A stretch of DNA of 64,000 bases, from positions 128,001 through 192,000 of the forward strand of contig JBNKBE010000010.1 of NCBI GenBank assembly GCA_050287085.1, in the 5' to 3' direction. Positions 1 to 10,183 of this stretch are shown one piece after another. Made by a program: the position numbers and the translations under genes. Position 1 is the first letter of the stretch, and every line of letters begins with the position of its first letter. The notes beneath the pieces are model-generated. The model worked only from the letters and a program-made list of their open reading frames with translations, did no database searches and was not told the origin of the DNA. This stretch comes from Polyangiaceae bacterium (GTDB lineage: Bacteria > Myxococcota_A > Polyangia > Polyangiales > Polyangiaceae).

Positions 1-347
1 CCTGATGGGGCGGCGTCGGTCTCGCCGCCTGCGTCGCTGACACGGTCGTCGGAGTTGTGGCGCCGTGGTGTGCCGCCATCGGACCTGCTGCCTTGTGCGG
101 AAGCGTCCAAGGATGCCTTGCCGGGCGTCTTCGAGGCGCGCAGTGCCGCGCGTTGGAGTCTCGGAACCTCGTTTTGGCAAGCAGCGCCCCCTTGGCTGCT
201 CAGCAATGCAGCGAGCAGAGCCGGCTTCAGACCGCCAGCGCGCGGTGTCCTTTGGCGCGTGGCGTGCCCTCGCCCTCGCTCGCAACGACACACACCTTCA
301 CGCTGGGGGATGCCGACGCGGTCGTTATCGCTCGTTCTCGTAGCCAC
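1..347 (-). CDS. 5' part of a probable lipoprotein running off the left edge (start uncertain)
   Basis: Manual translation of the minus strand gives ...LKPALLAALLSSQGGAAC-QNEV...DASAQGSRSDGG...DAGGETDAAPS: hydrophobic stretch, lipobox-like Cys, DAG-type linker; frame open to position 1. Confidence 0.4.
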   Translation of the reverse strand, partial: MATRTSDNDRVGIPQREGVCRCERGRGHATRQRTPRAGGLKPALLAALLSSQGGAACQNEVPRLQRAALRASKTPGKASLDASAQGSRSDGGTPRRHNSDDRVSDAGGETDAAPS

Positions 348-409
348 GTCGCGTTTATGCCGTACGACTCGGGTGTGGGCAACTGCTAGCGAAGCGTGAG
401 TGGGGGCGT

Positions 410-1321
410 TTACAGTTCTGCGTAGTTCTGGACAGCGAAGGTATCGCAACGCTTGGCGTCCCCGCCGTCGAAGCCGCGCCGGAACCAGCGCATGCGCTGA
501 GCGCTCGAGCCGTGGGTGAATTGCGCCTTGTCGGAGTGCCCCAGGGCGTCGTCGCCGATGCGGTGGGCGGCGTTGAGGGCCTCTTGGAGATCGTCTTCCG
601 TAATGGAAAGCGAGGCGCGTGCCGAATGCCCCCAGACGCCGGCGAGGCAGTCAGCTTGGAGCTCCACGCGGACCGAGACCTGATTCTTCGATTCACCCCT
701 TACCGACAATTGCGACGAGCCGATCAGGTTCTGCACGTGATGGCCCACCTCGTGTGCGATGACGTAGGCCTGGGCGAAGTCACCTGGAGCTTTCAGCCGC
801 TTTGCCATGACATCGTAGAAGGTCGGATCGATGTACAGCTTGCGGTCCGCGCCGCAGTAGAATGGCCCCGAATCCGAAGTAGCGCCCCCACATCCCCCGG
901 TTTGAACGGAGTTGGAGAATACCACCAAAGTGGGGTCTTGGTAGATGACCCCCGCATTGCCGTAGCTGGGCAACGCGCCGGCTCGAAACTTGTCGGCCCA
1001 TACGTCTTCCGTGGAGGCCAGGACGACTCTCGAAAAGTCGCAGGCTTGGCCGTTGGAAGCTGAGGCCTGACAGGCCGTGCCCCCTCCCGCCTGACTTGGC
1101 CCGCTGCCCGTTGCTTGACTGAAGAGCACTTGGCGCAAAGCGGAAGGCATCAAGAAGTAGCCGACGGCGACGAGGGCCCCCACCGCTAAAGTGCCTTTGA
1201 GTCCCAAGGCGCGCATCAAGGGCGCAAGCAATTGCAACGGGAGCCCCCCGCCGCTAGGTGCGCGGCCACCGCTGCCACGATCTTCGAAATTGTCGGAACG
1301 CCTGCGGCCCTGAATATCCAT
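410..1321 (-). CDS. ypfJ: Neutral zinc metallopeptidase (YpfJ family)
   Basis: N-terminal GRRRSDNFEDR, GPFYC, AHEVGHHVQ (HExxH), ELQADCLAG, THGSSAQR. Confidence 0.9.
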   Translation of the reverse strand: MDIQGRRRSDNFEDRGSGGRAPSGGGLPLQLLAPLMRALGLKGTLAVGALVAVGYFLMPSALRQVLFSQATGSGPSQAGGGTACQASASNGQACDFSRVVLASTEDVWADKFRAGALPSYGNAGVIYQDPTLVVFSNSVQTGGCGGATSDSGPFYCGADRKLYIDPTFYDVMAKRLKAPGDFAQAYVIAHEVGHHVQNLIGSSQLSVRGESKNQVSVRVELQADCLAGVWGHSARASLSITEDDLQEALNAAHRIGDDALGHSDKAQFTHGSSAQRMRWFRRGFDGGDAKRCDTFAVQNYAEL

Positions 1322-1804
1322 GAGTGGACTCCTTTGAGGGAGTTGTCTCCCGCTTTGAGACGAAGCGCAACGCTTGCGTGTCCGTCGCGTGCAATGGGCT
1401 CGGTCGCGCAGGTTTGCGTGGTGTTGGTCCCGCGACGGGGGGCATTCGGCATGCGCGAAACGACCTCACTTGCTGTGCTTGGAGCACTGCTGCGCTAGAC
1501 CCGGAAGGTGCGACATGGTAGGGTGCAACCCTTAGCGGGGAACACAGGTTTGCCCAGGGTGCCTTTTTTGGGCCCGGCCAGAGCGTCGCCTCCTCTGAGC
1601 TTTTCCAGAGGAGTATTCGTGGATGACGTCGTTGACACAAACACCGTGGGCCCCAGCGCTGTGGGCCCCAGCGCCGTGAGCCTAAGCGCCAGGTCACCGC
1701 TCGACCCAGAGTCGCGTTTGTCTCGCGACTCGGAGCTGACCTCCGGCGGGCTGCGGCGCGGGCTTGTGCCTAATACCGACCGCTGACGTTCGCGTTCTTG
1801 AGCG

Positions 1805-2935
1805 GTGTGGTGCGTCCGGCAACGCGCATTGTACCGCTCCGCAGTCGCCAATGCGGCTGATAAAGGTTTAAGGAGAATACCGATTCAACCACCACCACTC
1901 AGTTCCTCTCGGGCCCATACGGTCCTTTCCGATTTCCGCGCAGAGCTTCGCGCTCGCGCTCTCCTCCGCCCCGACGGGCTTGGCACCTACGTTCGCATCT
2001 TGGTGTGGACACCTGCACTCATTGGACTGCTATGGGTTGCATGGACTAGTTCATCTCTTCTGCTGGCAGGGCTTGCCATTTTCGGTGCAAGTATTCTGCA
2101 GGCGCAGTTTGCGTTCATCGGACATGACGCTTCTCACGGAACGGCGGCGCTACGTCGCGGCCGCAATCTGTTCGCTGGCGAATGGGGGATGGGGGTAGTT
2201 GGGGGGTTGTGCTTCGAAGAGTGGCGGCACCGCCACTTGTTGCATCACAAGTACTGTCAGGATGAAGACCAAGATCCCGACATGCAGTTTGCGACACTGT
2301 TTTCGTTGTCGGACGAGGCTGTCCTGGCCAAGGGGCGTTTGGGACGACGTATCGCCCCCTATCAGGCCTACTACTTCTGGCCCAGCACGCTCCTATTCGC
2401 GCACAGCCTACGGGTGAGCGCGTTGGTTGAGGCATTGAGCAAGCCGATGCGCTATCGGGCCGACTTGGCGGCGGTGACAGCACACGTTGCAATGTGGTTT
2501 GGTGCCCCTCTGCTTCTCGGTTTGGACCCCATGCGTGTCCTGATCGTCTATTTGATCATCTCGTCGTTGTTGGGCGTGCGTCTGGCCGCGGTATTCACGG
2601 TCAATCACGTTGGCATGCCCAGCGTCAGCCCCGAGACGTCGTATCTAGAGCGCCAGGTTGTGACGTCGCGCAATGTGGATTGTCCGCGATGGATGGACTG
2701 GTTCTTTGGCGGTCTGAACTTCCAGATTGAGCACCACGTATTGCCGGGATGTTCGCGCGTTCGACTGCGTCAGGTCCAACACCTATTCCGACCTTGTGTC
2801 GTGGCTGAAGGTCTCCCCTATAGCCATAGCGGCTGGCTGCAGGCGGTCGTGGATGTGACGCGTCACCTAGCTGCGGTGGCTAGGACGGCGCGCAAGCCAG
2901 ATAGGTCACGCAGTGCGCTAACGCGTACGGGCTAG
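1805..2935 (+). CDS. Membrane fatty acid desaturase, front-end (delta-5/6-like) type; true start probably downstream
   Basis: His boxes HDASH, HLLHH, QIEHH (Q replaces first H in box 3); GGLNFQ; TM segments. Confidence 0.85.
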   Translation: MWCVRQRALYRSAVANAADKGLRRIPIQPPPLSSSRAHTVLSDFRAELRARALLRPDGLGTYVRILVWTPALIGLLWVAWTSSSLLLAGLAIFGASILQAQFAFIGHDASHGTAALRRGRNLFAGEWGMGVVGGLCFEEWRHRHLLHHKYCQDEDQDPDMQFATLFSLSDEAVLAKGRLGRRIAPYQAYYFWPSTLLFAHSLRVSALVEALSKPMRYRADLAAVTAHVAMWFGAPLLLGLDPMRVLIVYLIISSLLGVRLAAVFTVNHVGMPSVSPETSYLERQVVTSRNVDCPRWMDWFFGGLNFQIEHHVLPGCSRVRLRQVQHLFRPCVVAEGLPYSHSGWLQAVVDVTRHLAAVARTARKPDRSRSALTRTG

Positions 2936-2946
2936 CGGAGGATCCA

Positions 2947-3786
2947 ATGCAAATACAAGTGGGCTATGAGTTGGTGTATCAGTTTCCTCAGCCGACCCCG
3001 ATGATCCTGTTGCTCAATGTTCACTTCAGTCGCGCGTCGGACGTCATCGTACCAGACCGCATGCGGGTCGAGCCCGGCGTGCGGATCGAAGGTTACCGCG
3101 ATACCTTTGGCAATTGGTGCAACCGCTTGGTTGCTCCGCAGGGAGCCGTCAGAATCACGGGCGCTGCCGTCGTCAGCGATAGTGGTATGGCGGAATCGAC
3201 GGTGCCGTTTGCCGCACAATATCCGGTGCAGGCATTGCCTGAGGAGACACTGATCTTTCTCCTTGGAAGTCGGTATTGCGAGACCGATCGGCTTACCGAG
3301 CCGGCGTGGCGCCTATTTGGTCACACTACGCCGGGAATAGCGCGTGTACAGGCCGTTTGTGATTTCGTCCATCAGCACATCACCTTTGGCTATGAGTTTG
3401 CGAGTGCCACCAAGACCGCTGCAGAGGTGTGGATGGAAAGGCGCGGAGTGTGCCGCGATTTTGCGCACCTCGCGATCGCCTTTTGTCGCGCCTTGAATAT
3501 TCCGGCTCGGTATTGCACCGGCTATTTGGGTGATATCGGAGTTCCACCACCTCACAGCCCGATGGACTTTGCCGCGTGGTTTGAGGTCTATCTCGGTGGT
3601 GCTTGGCACACTTTTGACGCGCGCAACAACACCCCGCGGATAGGGCGAGTCTTGATCGGTCGCGGCCGCGATGCCGCGGACGTGGCGATCGCGACCACGT
3701 TTGGGCCGAACACTCTCAGTCGCTTCCGAGTGTGGACGGACGAGGTAGGCGCGCCCGCTTTGGCGGATGCTCCGTTGGCAGCCTAG
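2947..3786 (+). CDS. Transglutaminase-like family protein
   Basis: SRYCETD, GVCRDFAH catalytic Cys, DFAAWFEVYL, FDAR, GRDAADVA. Confidence 0.9.
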   Translation: MQIQVGYELVYQFPQPTPMILLLNVHFSRASDVIVPDRMRVEPGVRIEGYRDTFGNWCNRLVAPQGAVRITGAAVVSDSGMAESTVPFAAQYPVQALPEETLIFLLGSRYCETDRLTEPAWRLFGHTTPGIARVQAVCDFVHQHITFGYEFASATKTAAEVWMERRGVCRDFAHLAIAFCRALNIPARYCTGYLGDIGVPPPHSPMDFAAWFEVYLGGAWHTFDARNNTPRIGRVLIGRGRDAADVAIATTFGPNTLSRFRVWTDEVGAPALADAPLAA

Positions 3787-3872
3787 CATTGGCAGCCTAG
3801 CGGCGGCGACCTCGCCGCTCTCGGCCCAAGAAGGGCTGGCGGCCGCCGAAATCCTGAAGCTCGGCTTTCCAG

Positions 3873-5459
3873 CTATCGGGCTGGCACCTGCAGAAGCAAC
3901 GACTGCGCTGCCTGCGCTGGCGTCTGCTTGTTGTTATCGCGGTCGACAAGGAGGTTTGTTTGTCGCATGAGCGATCCGGATATCGCACCCAGCAAGGGTC
4001 GCAAAGCGCGCCTGACGCGGGCGTCGTCGGCCGCGGCGCGCGAAAGCAAGATGACGGCTTCATAGGGAGGAAAACCCTGTCGATCATCCTTCAGCAAGAC
4101 CAGACCGTGGCTGTCGATTCTTCCATCGCTGGAGAAGGCGGTTATCACGTCCACGTTGCCGCGGCGCGCCGCCTCGTACATGAAGGTCGAGTCCATGCTG
4201 ACGTGTTCGGCAAAGCGCAGATTATAGATCGAGCGCAGATGCTTCCACTCTGGACGATCGAAGAACTCGTAGTCGCCGCCCAATCTCAGCTTGGGCGATA
4301 GGGACGCAAGGTCGCTGATCTGTGTGATGCCGAGCTGTTCTGCGCGGTCTGCGCGCATCGCCAGGGCGTAGGCATTCTCGAAGCCCAAGGCGCCGAGTAG
4401 TTCAACGCCATAGCGTCGTTGGAGTTCCTGGCGGCAGAGCGTGCGTACGCGCTCTGCCGTTTGGACGTCGCTTTGATGCAATACGTTGGCGTAGAGGGTG
4501 CCCGTGTAGTCGACGTAGACGTCGATATCACCGTGGGCCAGGGCGTCGAAAGCGAGGGCCGAGCCCAGGCTCGAGACATGTCGAACCGTCACGCCAGCGC
4601 CCTCGAGCTGCAAAGCCAGAAGCTCTGCCAGGATGTATTGTTCGGTGAACGTCTTGGCGCCGACGGCCAACGTGGGGGGCGTCGAAGGGAGGGGCCCAGC
4701 GGCTCCGGGAGCCGCAGTCTCCGAAGGCTGAGGCGCGCCTTCGATTTCGGGAGAGAGCAGGGTGCGTTCTTGGGTGAGCAAGAGGCCGGCCAACGCGAGG
4801 CCGAGGAGTCCAGCGCTGCTCAGAAGTACCGGCGCCTTGCGTCGTTCGCGGACGGCTCGTGTGCTCCAAGCAAGCAGGCCGTCGAGCACCAGCGCCAAGA
4901 GTGCAGCGGCAAGGCAGCCGCTGAGCACCGACACCCAATTGCGGGTCTGCAGCCCGCTGAAAATGTAGTTGCCGAGGCTTGCTTGACCTACGGGCGTGCT
5001 GAGCGTCGCGGTACCCACGACCCACACCGAGGCCGTTCGGACTCCGGCGAGAATCAGGGGTAACGCTAGCGGCAGCTCCACGTGCCAGAGCATCTGGCGC
5101 GGCGTCATGCCGAGACCCTCGGATGCCTCGCGCACGTCGCTGGGCACAGCTTGCATACCCGCGACCGTATTGCTCAGCACGGGCAAGATGCCGTAGAGGG
5201 TGAGCGCACTCAGAGCGGGCCAGAAGCCAAACCCGCCCAGCAGCAGTACCATCAGTGCTAGCAGGGCTAGACCCGGCACGGTTTGCGCGACGCCCACGAC
5301 CGACAGTGCGACGGCTCGGAGCCAGCGATGCCGTGAGGCGACGACACCGAGCGGTAGGCTGATCGTGCTCGCGAGCGCAAGCGCCGCCAGCGAGAGTACG
5401 ATATGGGGACCCAGCCGGCTCGGGAGAAGCGACGCTTGAGCAAGCCACTGTTCCCTCAC
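3873..5459 (-). CDS. Osmoprotectant (glycine betaine/choline) ABC transporter, fused permease and substrate-binding protein
   Basis: EASEGLGMT (EAA loop), ELPLALP, KTFTEQYIL, YVDYTGT, GFENAYA, FPPY. Confidence 0.9.
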   Translation of the reverse strand: MREQWLAQASLLPSRLGPHIVLSLAALALASTISLPLGVVASRHRWLRAVALSVVGVAQTVPGLALLALMVLLLGGFGFWPALSALTLYGILPVLSNTVAGMQAVPSDVREASEGLGMTPRQMLWHVELPLALPLILAGVRTASVWVVGTATLSTPVGQASLGNYIFSGLQTRNWVSVLSGCLAAALLALVLDGLLAWSTRAVRERRKAPVLLSSAGLLGLALAGLLLTQERTLLSPEIEGAPQPSETAAPGAAGPLPSTPPTLAVGAKTFTEQYILAELLALQLEGAGVTVRHVSSLGSALAFDALAHGDIDVYVDYTGTLYANVLHQSDVQTAERVRTLCRQELQRRYGVELLGALGFENAYALAMRADRAEQLGITQISDLASLSPKLRLGGDYEFFDRPEWKHLRSIYNLRFAEHVSMDSTFMYEAARRGNVDVITAFSSDGRIDSHGLVLLKDDRQGFPPYEAVILLSRAAADDARVRRALRPLLGAISGSLMRQTNLLVDRDNNKQTPAQAAQSLLLQVPAR

Positions 5460-6274
5460 GACAATGTCCTCGCGGGGGATAGGGGTTGCGCTTGGGCCAG
5501 CAGGTGAGTGAGTGTTTGGTGCTGAGAGCGGGTGGCCGTCAGCAAGTCGGCGACGTATTGGGAGGCCGGGGCACTGAGCAACTCATTGGGTGGGGCACAC
5601 TGCACCAGCTTGCCCCCGTCGAGCACGGCGATGCGATCGCCCAGCAGCAGCGCCTCAGCGATGTCGTGGGTGACCAGGAGGGTAGTCAGTCCCAGGGTAT
5701 CGTGAAGTCCGCGGTAGAGTGTCTGCAGTTCACTTCGTGTGACCAGGTCGAGTGCCCCAAAGGGCTCGTCCATCAACATGACCTTAGGGCGTGCGGCCAG
5801 CGCACGCGCCAACCCGACGCGTTGCTTCTCGCCGCCGGATAGCTGGCTCGGGTAGCGACCAGCGTATTGCCGGGGCGGAAGACCTACAGCGCCAAGAAGT
5901 TCGCTGGCGCGCGCGCCTACAGCGCTTGAGGGCCAGCCCAATAGGCGAGGCACCAGCCCCACATTTTCCGCTGCGGTGCGATGGGGCAGCAGCCCAAAGT
6001 GCTGCAGTACGTAGCCAATTCCGCGCCGGAGCTGCACGGTGTTCTGCTCGGCAATGTCTTGCCCCGCCACGCGGACTTGTCCGGAGCAAGGTCTGCTCAT
6101 GCGATTGACAAGCCGGAGCAGGGTGGTTTTTCCCGCGCCCGAAGCACCGAGCAGCGCAACGAGCTCGCCGGGGGCGATCCGCAGTGAGATCCCGTCGAGC
6201 ACCACGCGGTCGGCGACTTGGGTTTGGACGTTGTCAAAGTGGATCACGCGCTTGAAGTCGCTTACACCTCCCAC
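5456..6274 (-). CDS. Osmoprotectant ABC transporter ATP-binding protein
   Basis: GASGAGKT, LSGGEKQRV, LMDEPFGALD, VTHD; stop overlaps the permease start. Confidence 0.92.
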   Translation of the reverse strand: MGGVSDFKRVIHFDNVQTQVADRVVLDGISLRIAPGELVALLGASGAGKTTLLRLVNRMSRPCSGQVRVAGQDIAEQNTVQLRRGIGYVLQHFGLLPHRTAAENVGLVPRLLGWPSSAVGARASELLGAVGLPPRQYAGRYPSQLSGGEKQRVGLARALAARPKVMLMDEPFGALDLVTRSELQTLYRGLHDTLGLTTLLVTHDIAEALLLGDRIAVLDGGKLVQCAPPNELLSAPASQYVADLLTATRSQHQTLTHLLAQAQPLSPARTLS

Positions 6275-6395
6275 GCTGCGGGTACAAGGTACAGCCCGTC
6301 AGGCCGTAGGTGAGCCGCACAGATCTGAGCAGCGGATGCCTTTGCAACGGGAGCTGCGCATTGCTCGCGCCAACACAAAGCGTTACAACCAGTTC

Positions 6396-7064
6396 ATGTC
6401 GTCGCATCGCGTTGGCTTGTCGACGGACTCGGACGGTGATGTGCCGTGCGAGTCGTTGCCCGCAGCAGGGGGTGTTGCGACCCGGGACGCCTTGGTGTCT
6501 CGTCGCAATGTCCTCAGCTTGGTGGTGATAGCTGGGGCTCAAACGTTTGAGCCAAGTGGCTATGCGCTCCCCGCGCCCAAGCGCTTTCTGCTCGCGGACG
6601 ACGGGCGTTTCCCCAATAGCAAGTTGTGCGCATTGGTGTATGAGCGGGCGCTTCTGGCCGCGGATCTAGCGTCTGCTTTCGAACAACGTTTCGAGCGCAA
6701 CGGTTGGTCCGGTTCATGGCGCAACGGATTGTTTCGCACGCATCACTATCACAGCACGGCACACGAGGTGCTGGGGGTATATCGCGGCAGCGTGCGGGCT
6801 CGACTGGGGGGACCCTCTGGACCCGTGGTCACGCTAAGCGCAGGGGACGTTGCGATCTTGCCGGCGGGTGTCGCTCACAAGAACGAGGGCCAGTCCTCGG
6901 ATTTTGCGGTGGTGGGGGCTTATCCCAAGGGGACATCAGCAGACGTGCGATACGGAACGTCCACAGAGCGGCCGCGCGCCGATCGCAACATTGCTGCAGT
7001 GCCCTTGCCCCCTGCCGATCCTGTGCTGGGCCGGCAGGGGCCCCTCGTTTCGCTGTGGGCTTGA
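6396..7064 (+). CDS. Cupin-domain protein (YjlB-like) with possible Tat leader
   Basis: FPNS, HHYHSTAHEVLG, GDVAILPAGVAH, VVGAYP; SRRNVL leader; ATG 6396 chosen within ORF 6039..7064. Confidence 0.8.
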   Translation: MSSHRVGLSTDSDGDVPCESLPAAGGVATRDALVSRRNVLSLVVIAGAQTFEPSGYALPAPKRFLLADDGRFPNSKLCALVYERALLAADLASAFEQRFERNGWSGSWRNGLFRTHHYHSTAHEVLGVYRGSVRARLGGPSGPVVTLSAGDVAILPAGVAHKNEGQSSDFAVVGAYPKGTSADVRYGTSTERPRADRNIAAVPLPPADPVLGRQGPLVSLWA

Positions 7065-7072
7065 GCGCGGGC

Positions 7073-8329
7073 TTAAAAGAACTGCGAGAGGAAGTCCCAG
7101 ACCTCTTCCGACATCCAAGAAGAGTTCTGACCTGCGTCGTTGGGCAGCGGGGTATGGCCGGCGTCGAAAGAACACCAGCGCACTGGAAAGCCGTCCATGC
7201 ATCCCGAGTAGTCCGTGCACACGTGACTCCCACCTGGGCCCCGCGGCAGCGTGTCGATGGTGCAGCCGTTGGATTCCGCGAAGAAGTCCGTTTGGGAGTT
7301 CTGCCCGCCGCCCTCTTGCGTTCCCAGCGAGCCGAAATACGGGATAGGATCACATTCGTCGCCGAGCGCAAGCCCACCCGCCGAATGACCTATGGCGGCG
7401 CGGAAGACGCCGGGGCGCTCGCAGGCGAGCCGGCGCGCCATGGCACCTCCCTGGCTGAAGCCTTGGACGTAGATCTGCCCCTTGTCGATGCATAGATCTG
7501 CCTCGACCTGGGCAAGAATGTCATCGACGTACCCGACGTCCGCCACGTCCCAGATGCCACCCACTGCTTCGGGGGCAATGAAGATGGTGCTGCCCTCCGC
7601 CAGCGCATAGAGTCCGAAGTAGGCAGGATTGCCCGCCACATGCCCCGCGTTGTTGGTTGCGCCGTGAAATCCGAGAATGAGGCGGTGGGGATGGGTGTTG
7701 TCGTAGTTTTCTGGGAGACGCAATACGTAGCGTCTTTGGGCCCCGCCGCTCATCAGACTGTTGTAGTTCAGCATGTTGGGCGAGGGGCTATCCTGCAGCA
7801 TGGAGGCGCTCCCGCAGCCCTCAGACGCGTCCACCGTGGGTTCGTCGTCCATCGCGTCGGGCGCGCCTCCGGCGTCGCTTCCAGCCACCGCGTCCCCTCC
7901 TGCGCCCCCGGGGTCAGCGCCGGCTGCGCCGGCACCTGCCCCGCCTGCGCCGGCACCCCCGGACTCGTTGGGACTGCTCCCAGCTGTACCCGCGCTCTCG
8001 CCCCCGGCGCCCGCGCCACCTGCTTCGGTGCCCGCAGCGTTGAGCCCGCCCGCGCCTGCGACCGTACCCCCTGCTCCGGCTGTCGGCGCAGCGCCCCCGA
8101 CTGCCCCGCCACTACCGGAAGTACCACCCGCGCCCGAGTTACCAGACTGCGGGTCTACGGCTGCGCTCGGTTCAACGGAGCAAGCGCCGGCCAAGAGCAG
8201 GCACAACGCGGCGCCCAAGAAGGGGCCCTTCGGCTGAGCCTGTGAAACGGTGGAATGCGTTTTCGATGGGGTTGGACGATGCGACAATGCCGGCTCCTTG
8301 GGTTCAAGGTGGTGTCCATGCGGGGGCAT
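7073..8329 (-). CDS. Lipoprotein with Gly/Ala-rich linker and alpha/beta-hydrolase (PHB depolymerase / CE1 esterase-like) domain
   Basis: LLLAGAC lipobox, long GGAGAGG linker, LILGFHG, GFSQGG nucleophile, C-terminal GH and EVWDFLSQF; start uncertain. Confidence 0.8.
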   Translation of the reverse strand: MPPHGHHLEPKEPALSHRPTPSKTHSTVSQAQPKGPFLGAALCLLLAGACSVEPSAAVDPQSGNSGAGGTSGSGGAVGGAAPTAGAGGTVAGAGGLNAAGTEAGGAGAGGESAGTAGSSPNESGGAGAGGAGAGAAGADPGGAGGDAVAGSDAGGAPDAMDDEPTVDASEGCGSASMLQDSPSPNMLNYNSLMSGGAQRRYVLRLPENYDNTHPHRLILGFHGATNNAGHVAGNPAYFGLYALAEGSTIFIAPEAVGGIWDVADVGYVDDILAQVEADLCIDKGQIYVQGFSQGGAMARRLACERPGVFRAAIGHSAGGLALGDECDPIPYFGSLGTQEGGGQNSQTDFFAESNGCTIDTLPRGPGGSHVCTDYSGCMDGFPVRWCSFDAGHTPLPNDAGQNSSWMSEEVWDFLSQFF

Positions 8330-8749
8330 GGAGCTTGAGACCCATGACGTCTCCCCTATCTCACGGGGACGTTCAAGCGGATATGCGAGGCTCACCGTGC
8401 GGCGGCAAAGCCGCGCCCGCTTGTGACCGGATTTCGTAGCACGAAAGTCCATTTGCACCTCGGCGGAGGACAGTACCGCCGTATTGTTCCTGCATTGCTG
8501 CGAGGGCGCGGATGTTGGAAGCGCTGGCGCGTCACAAGCAGTGCCACCGCCTATGAAGCCAGCAGCAAGGCGCGCACGCTGCTCGAGCCAAGCGACGGCG
8601 TGGAGCACTCGCTCGTTTCGGGACAGCGCTGTGATGCGGGCGGTGGCGGCCCACGGCGATGCACTCGTTTTGTGTCAATCAGGACTCTTCGATGCCGCGC
8701 TCGGCATGGCGAGCTGCGGTCTGCGTCCTTGGTTGTGTCGGCCAAAGGT

Positions 8750-10183
8750 TCACACAGCTTCGGAGAGAGCTCGTCCCTTTGAGGGGCGGCGATTGGCAAC
8801 GTGGACCGCACTGCCACGCCCGTGTTCGGCGGCGTCGTGGACCGCCTCCGAAAGTGTCGGATGCGGGTGTACGGTGAGGGCGATGTCTTCGAGCGTTGCA
8901 CCCACCTCGATCGCCAGCGTCAACTCGGCGATCAGTTCGCTCGCTTCGGAGCCGACGATTCCGGCTCCGACCAGGCGATCGCTCTGGGCTATCAGCTTGA
9001 CGTAGCCGTCCGTCTTAGCGCGGGCGCTGGCGCGGCTGGATGCGGAGAATGGGAATCGACCGAGTTCTACGTTGAGGCCGCGGGCGCCGGCTTGGGTCTG
9101 GCTCAGACCAACGGTTGCGATTTCAGGCTCGGTGAAGACCACCGCTGGCATGGCGCGCCAGTCGCGCTTGACGTTGCGGCCAGAGATGACGTCCACGACG
9201 ACCTGCGCTTCGGCGAAGGCCTTATGTGCCAAGTAGGGGGGCCCAGCGATGTCTCCTATGGCGTAGATGCCTGGGACGTTTGTCTCGCAATTCTCCCGGG
9301 TTGCAATGTGACCTCGCGCGTCCAATTGCACCCCTGCGGCTTCCAAGCCCAGCCCCGCCACGCGCGGGACGAACCCTGCTGCGACCAGAACGTGAGTGCC
9401 TTCTATGACGTGTTCACCCTGTGCTCCTCGGAACTGCACGCGAACGCCGTTTTGGGTGTAGTCGTGACGGAGAGCAGTTGTCTCCAGTTCAAAGCGCGCG
9501 CTACTTCCCTCGAGCCGCCTGCGCACGACGGCCACCAGGTCAGGATCGATTCCCGGCAGCAGCGCGGGGCCCAGCTCAATGACGGTCAGTCGCGCACCGA
9601 GGTGATGGAACGCGCTGCCCAGTTCCAATCCGACGACGCCACCGCCCAGCACGATCAGGTGCTCAGGGACTTGCTCTAGGAATACCGCCTCCCGGGCGCT
9701 GAGGATGCGTTTCCGGTCGACGGCAAAGCCCGGTACCTCACGCGGGCTTGCACCCGTAGCCAGCACGATGCCGCGCCGGGCTCGGACACGGCGGGTCTTT
9801 CCTTCCCGGGCGACGATCTCGATTTCGCTTGGGGAGGTGAGCCGAGCGCTGCCATAGACGAGTTCTGCGCCCGCCGCTCGGATGAGCGTTGCGACGCCCT
9901 GCGTGTGGTGCTGGACGACAGAACGGCTGTGCTCCTGCGCCTGGTGCATGTCGAGCCGGACGCGGTCAACCTGGACGCCGAGTCTGGCGCCGGTCATGGC
10001 CGATTGATAGCGTTGAGCGACGGTGATCAATGACTTGGACGGGACGCAGCCCCAATTGAGGCACACACCACCCACGTGTTCTTTCTCGACGCAGAGCGTG
10101 TCTAGCCCGGACTGCGCGGCTCGAATGGTGGCTGAATAGCCTCCGGGACCGCCGCCGACTACGATCAAGTCCACCGTCTTCAT
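8750..10183 (-). CDS. lpdA: Dihydrolipoamide dehydrogenase
   Basis: GGGPGG, GGVCLNWGCVPSK, GGGVVGLE, AIGD, LAHKA, HPHPTLSE; ATGA overlap with TetR stop. Confidence 0.9.
   Translation of the reverse strand: MKTVDLIVVGGGPGGYSATIRAAQSGLDTLCVEKEHVGGVCLNWGCVPSKSLITVAQRYQSAMTGARLGVQVDRVRLDMHQAQEHSRSVVQHHTQGVATLIRAAGAELVYGSARLTSPSEIEIVAREGKTRRVRARRGIVLATGASPREVPGFAVDRKRILSAREAVFLEQVPEHLIVLGGGVVGLELGSAFHHLGARLTVIELGPALLPGIDPDLVAVVRRRLEGSSARFELETTALRHDYTQNGVRVQFRGAQGEHVIEGTHVLVAAGFVPRVAGLGLEAAGVQLDARGHIATRENCETNVPGIYAIGDIAGPPYLAHKAFAEAQVVVDVISGRNVKRDWRAMPAVVFTEPEIATVGLSQTQAGARGLNVELGRFPFSASSRASARAKTDGYVKLIAQSDRLVGAGIVGSEASELIAELTLAIEVGATLEDIALTVHPHPTLSEAVHDAAEHGRGSAVHVANRRPSKGRALSEAV

Noticed and set aside
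1324..1800. Short overlapping ORFs between ypfJ and the desaturase
   Set aside because: No recognisable motif or RBS; only a 15-nt duplication is supported
4528..5448. Long alternate-frame and antisense ORFs, here and at e.g. 8801..9679, 14814..15695, 49899..50852
   Set aside because: Shadow ORFs of well-supported genes, expected in high-GC DNA
7770..8160. Repetitive GC-rich tract as a possible repeat array
   Set aside because: It encodes the Gly/Ala linker of the esterase lipoprotein; no fixed repeat-spacer structure
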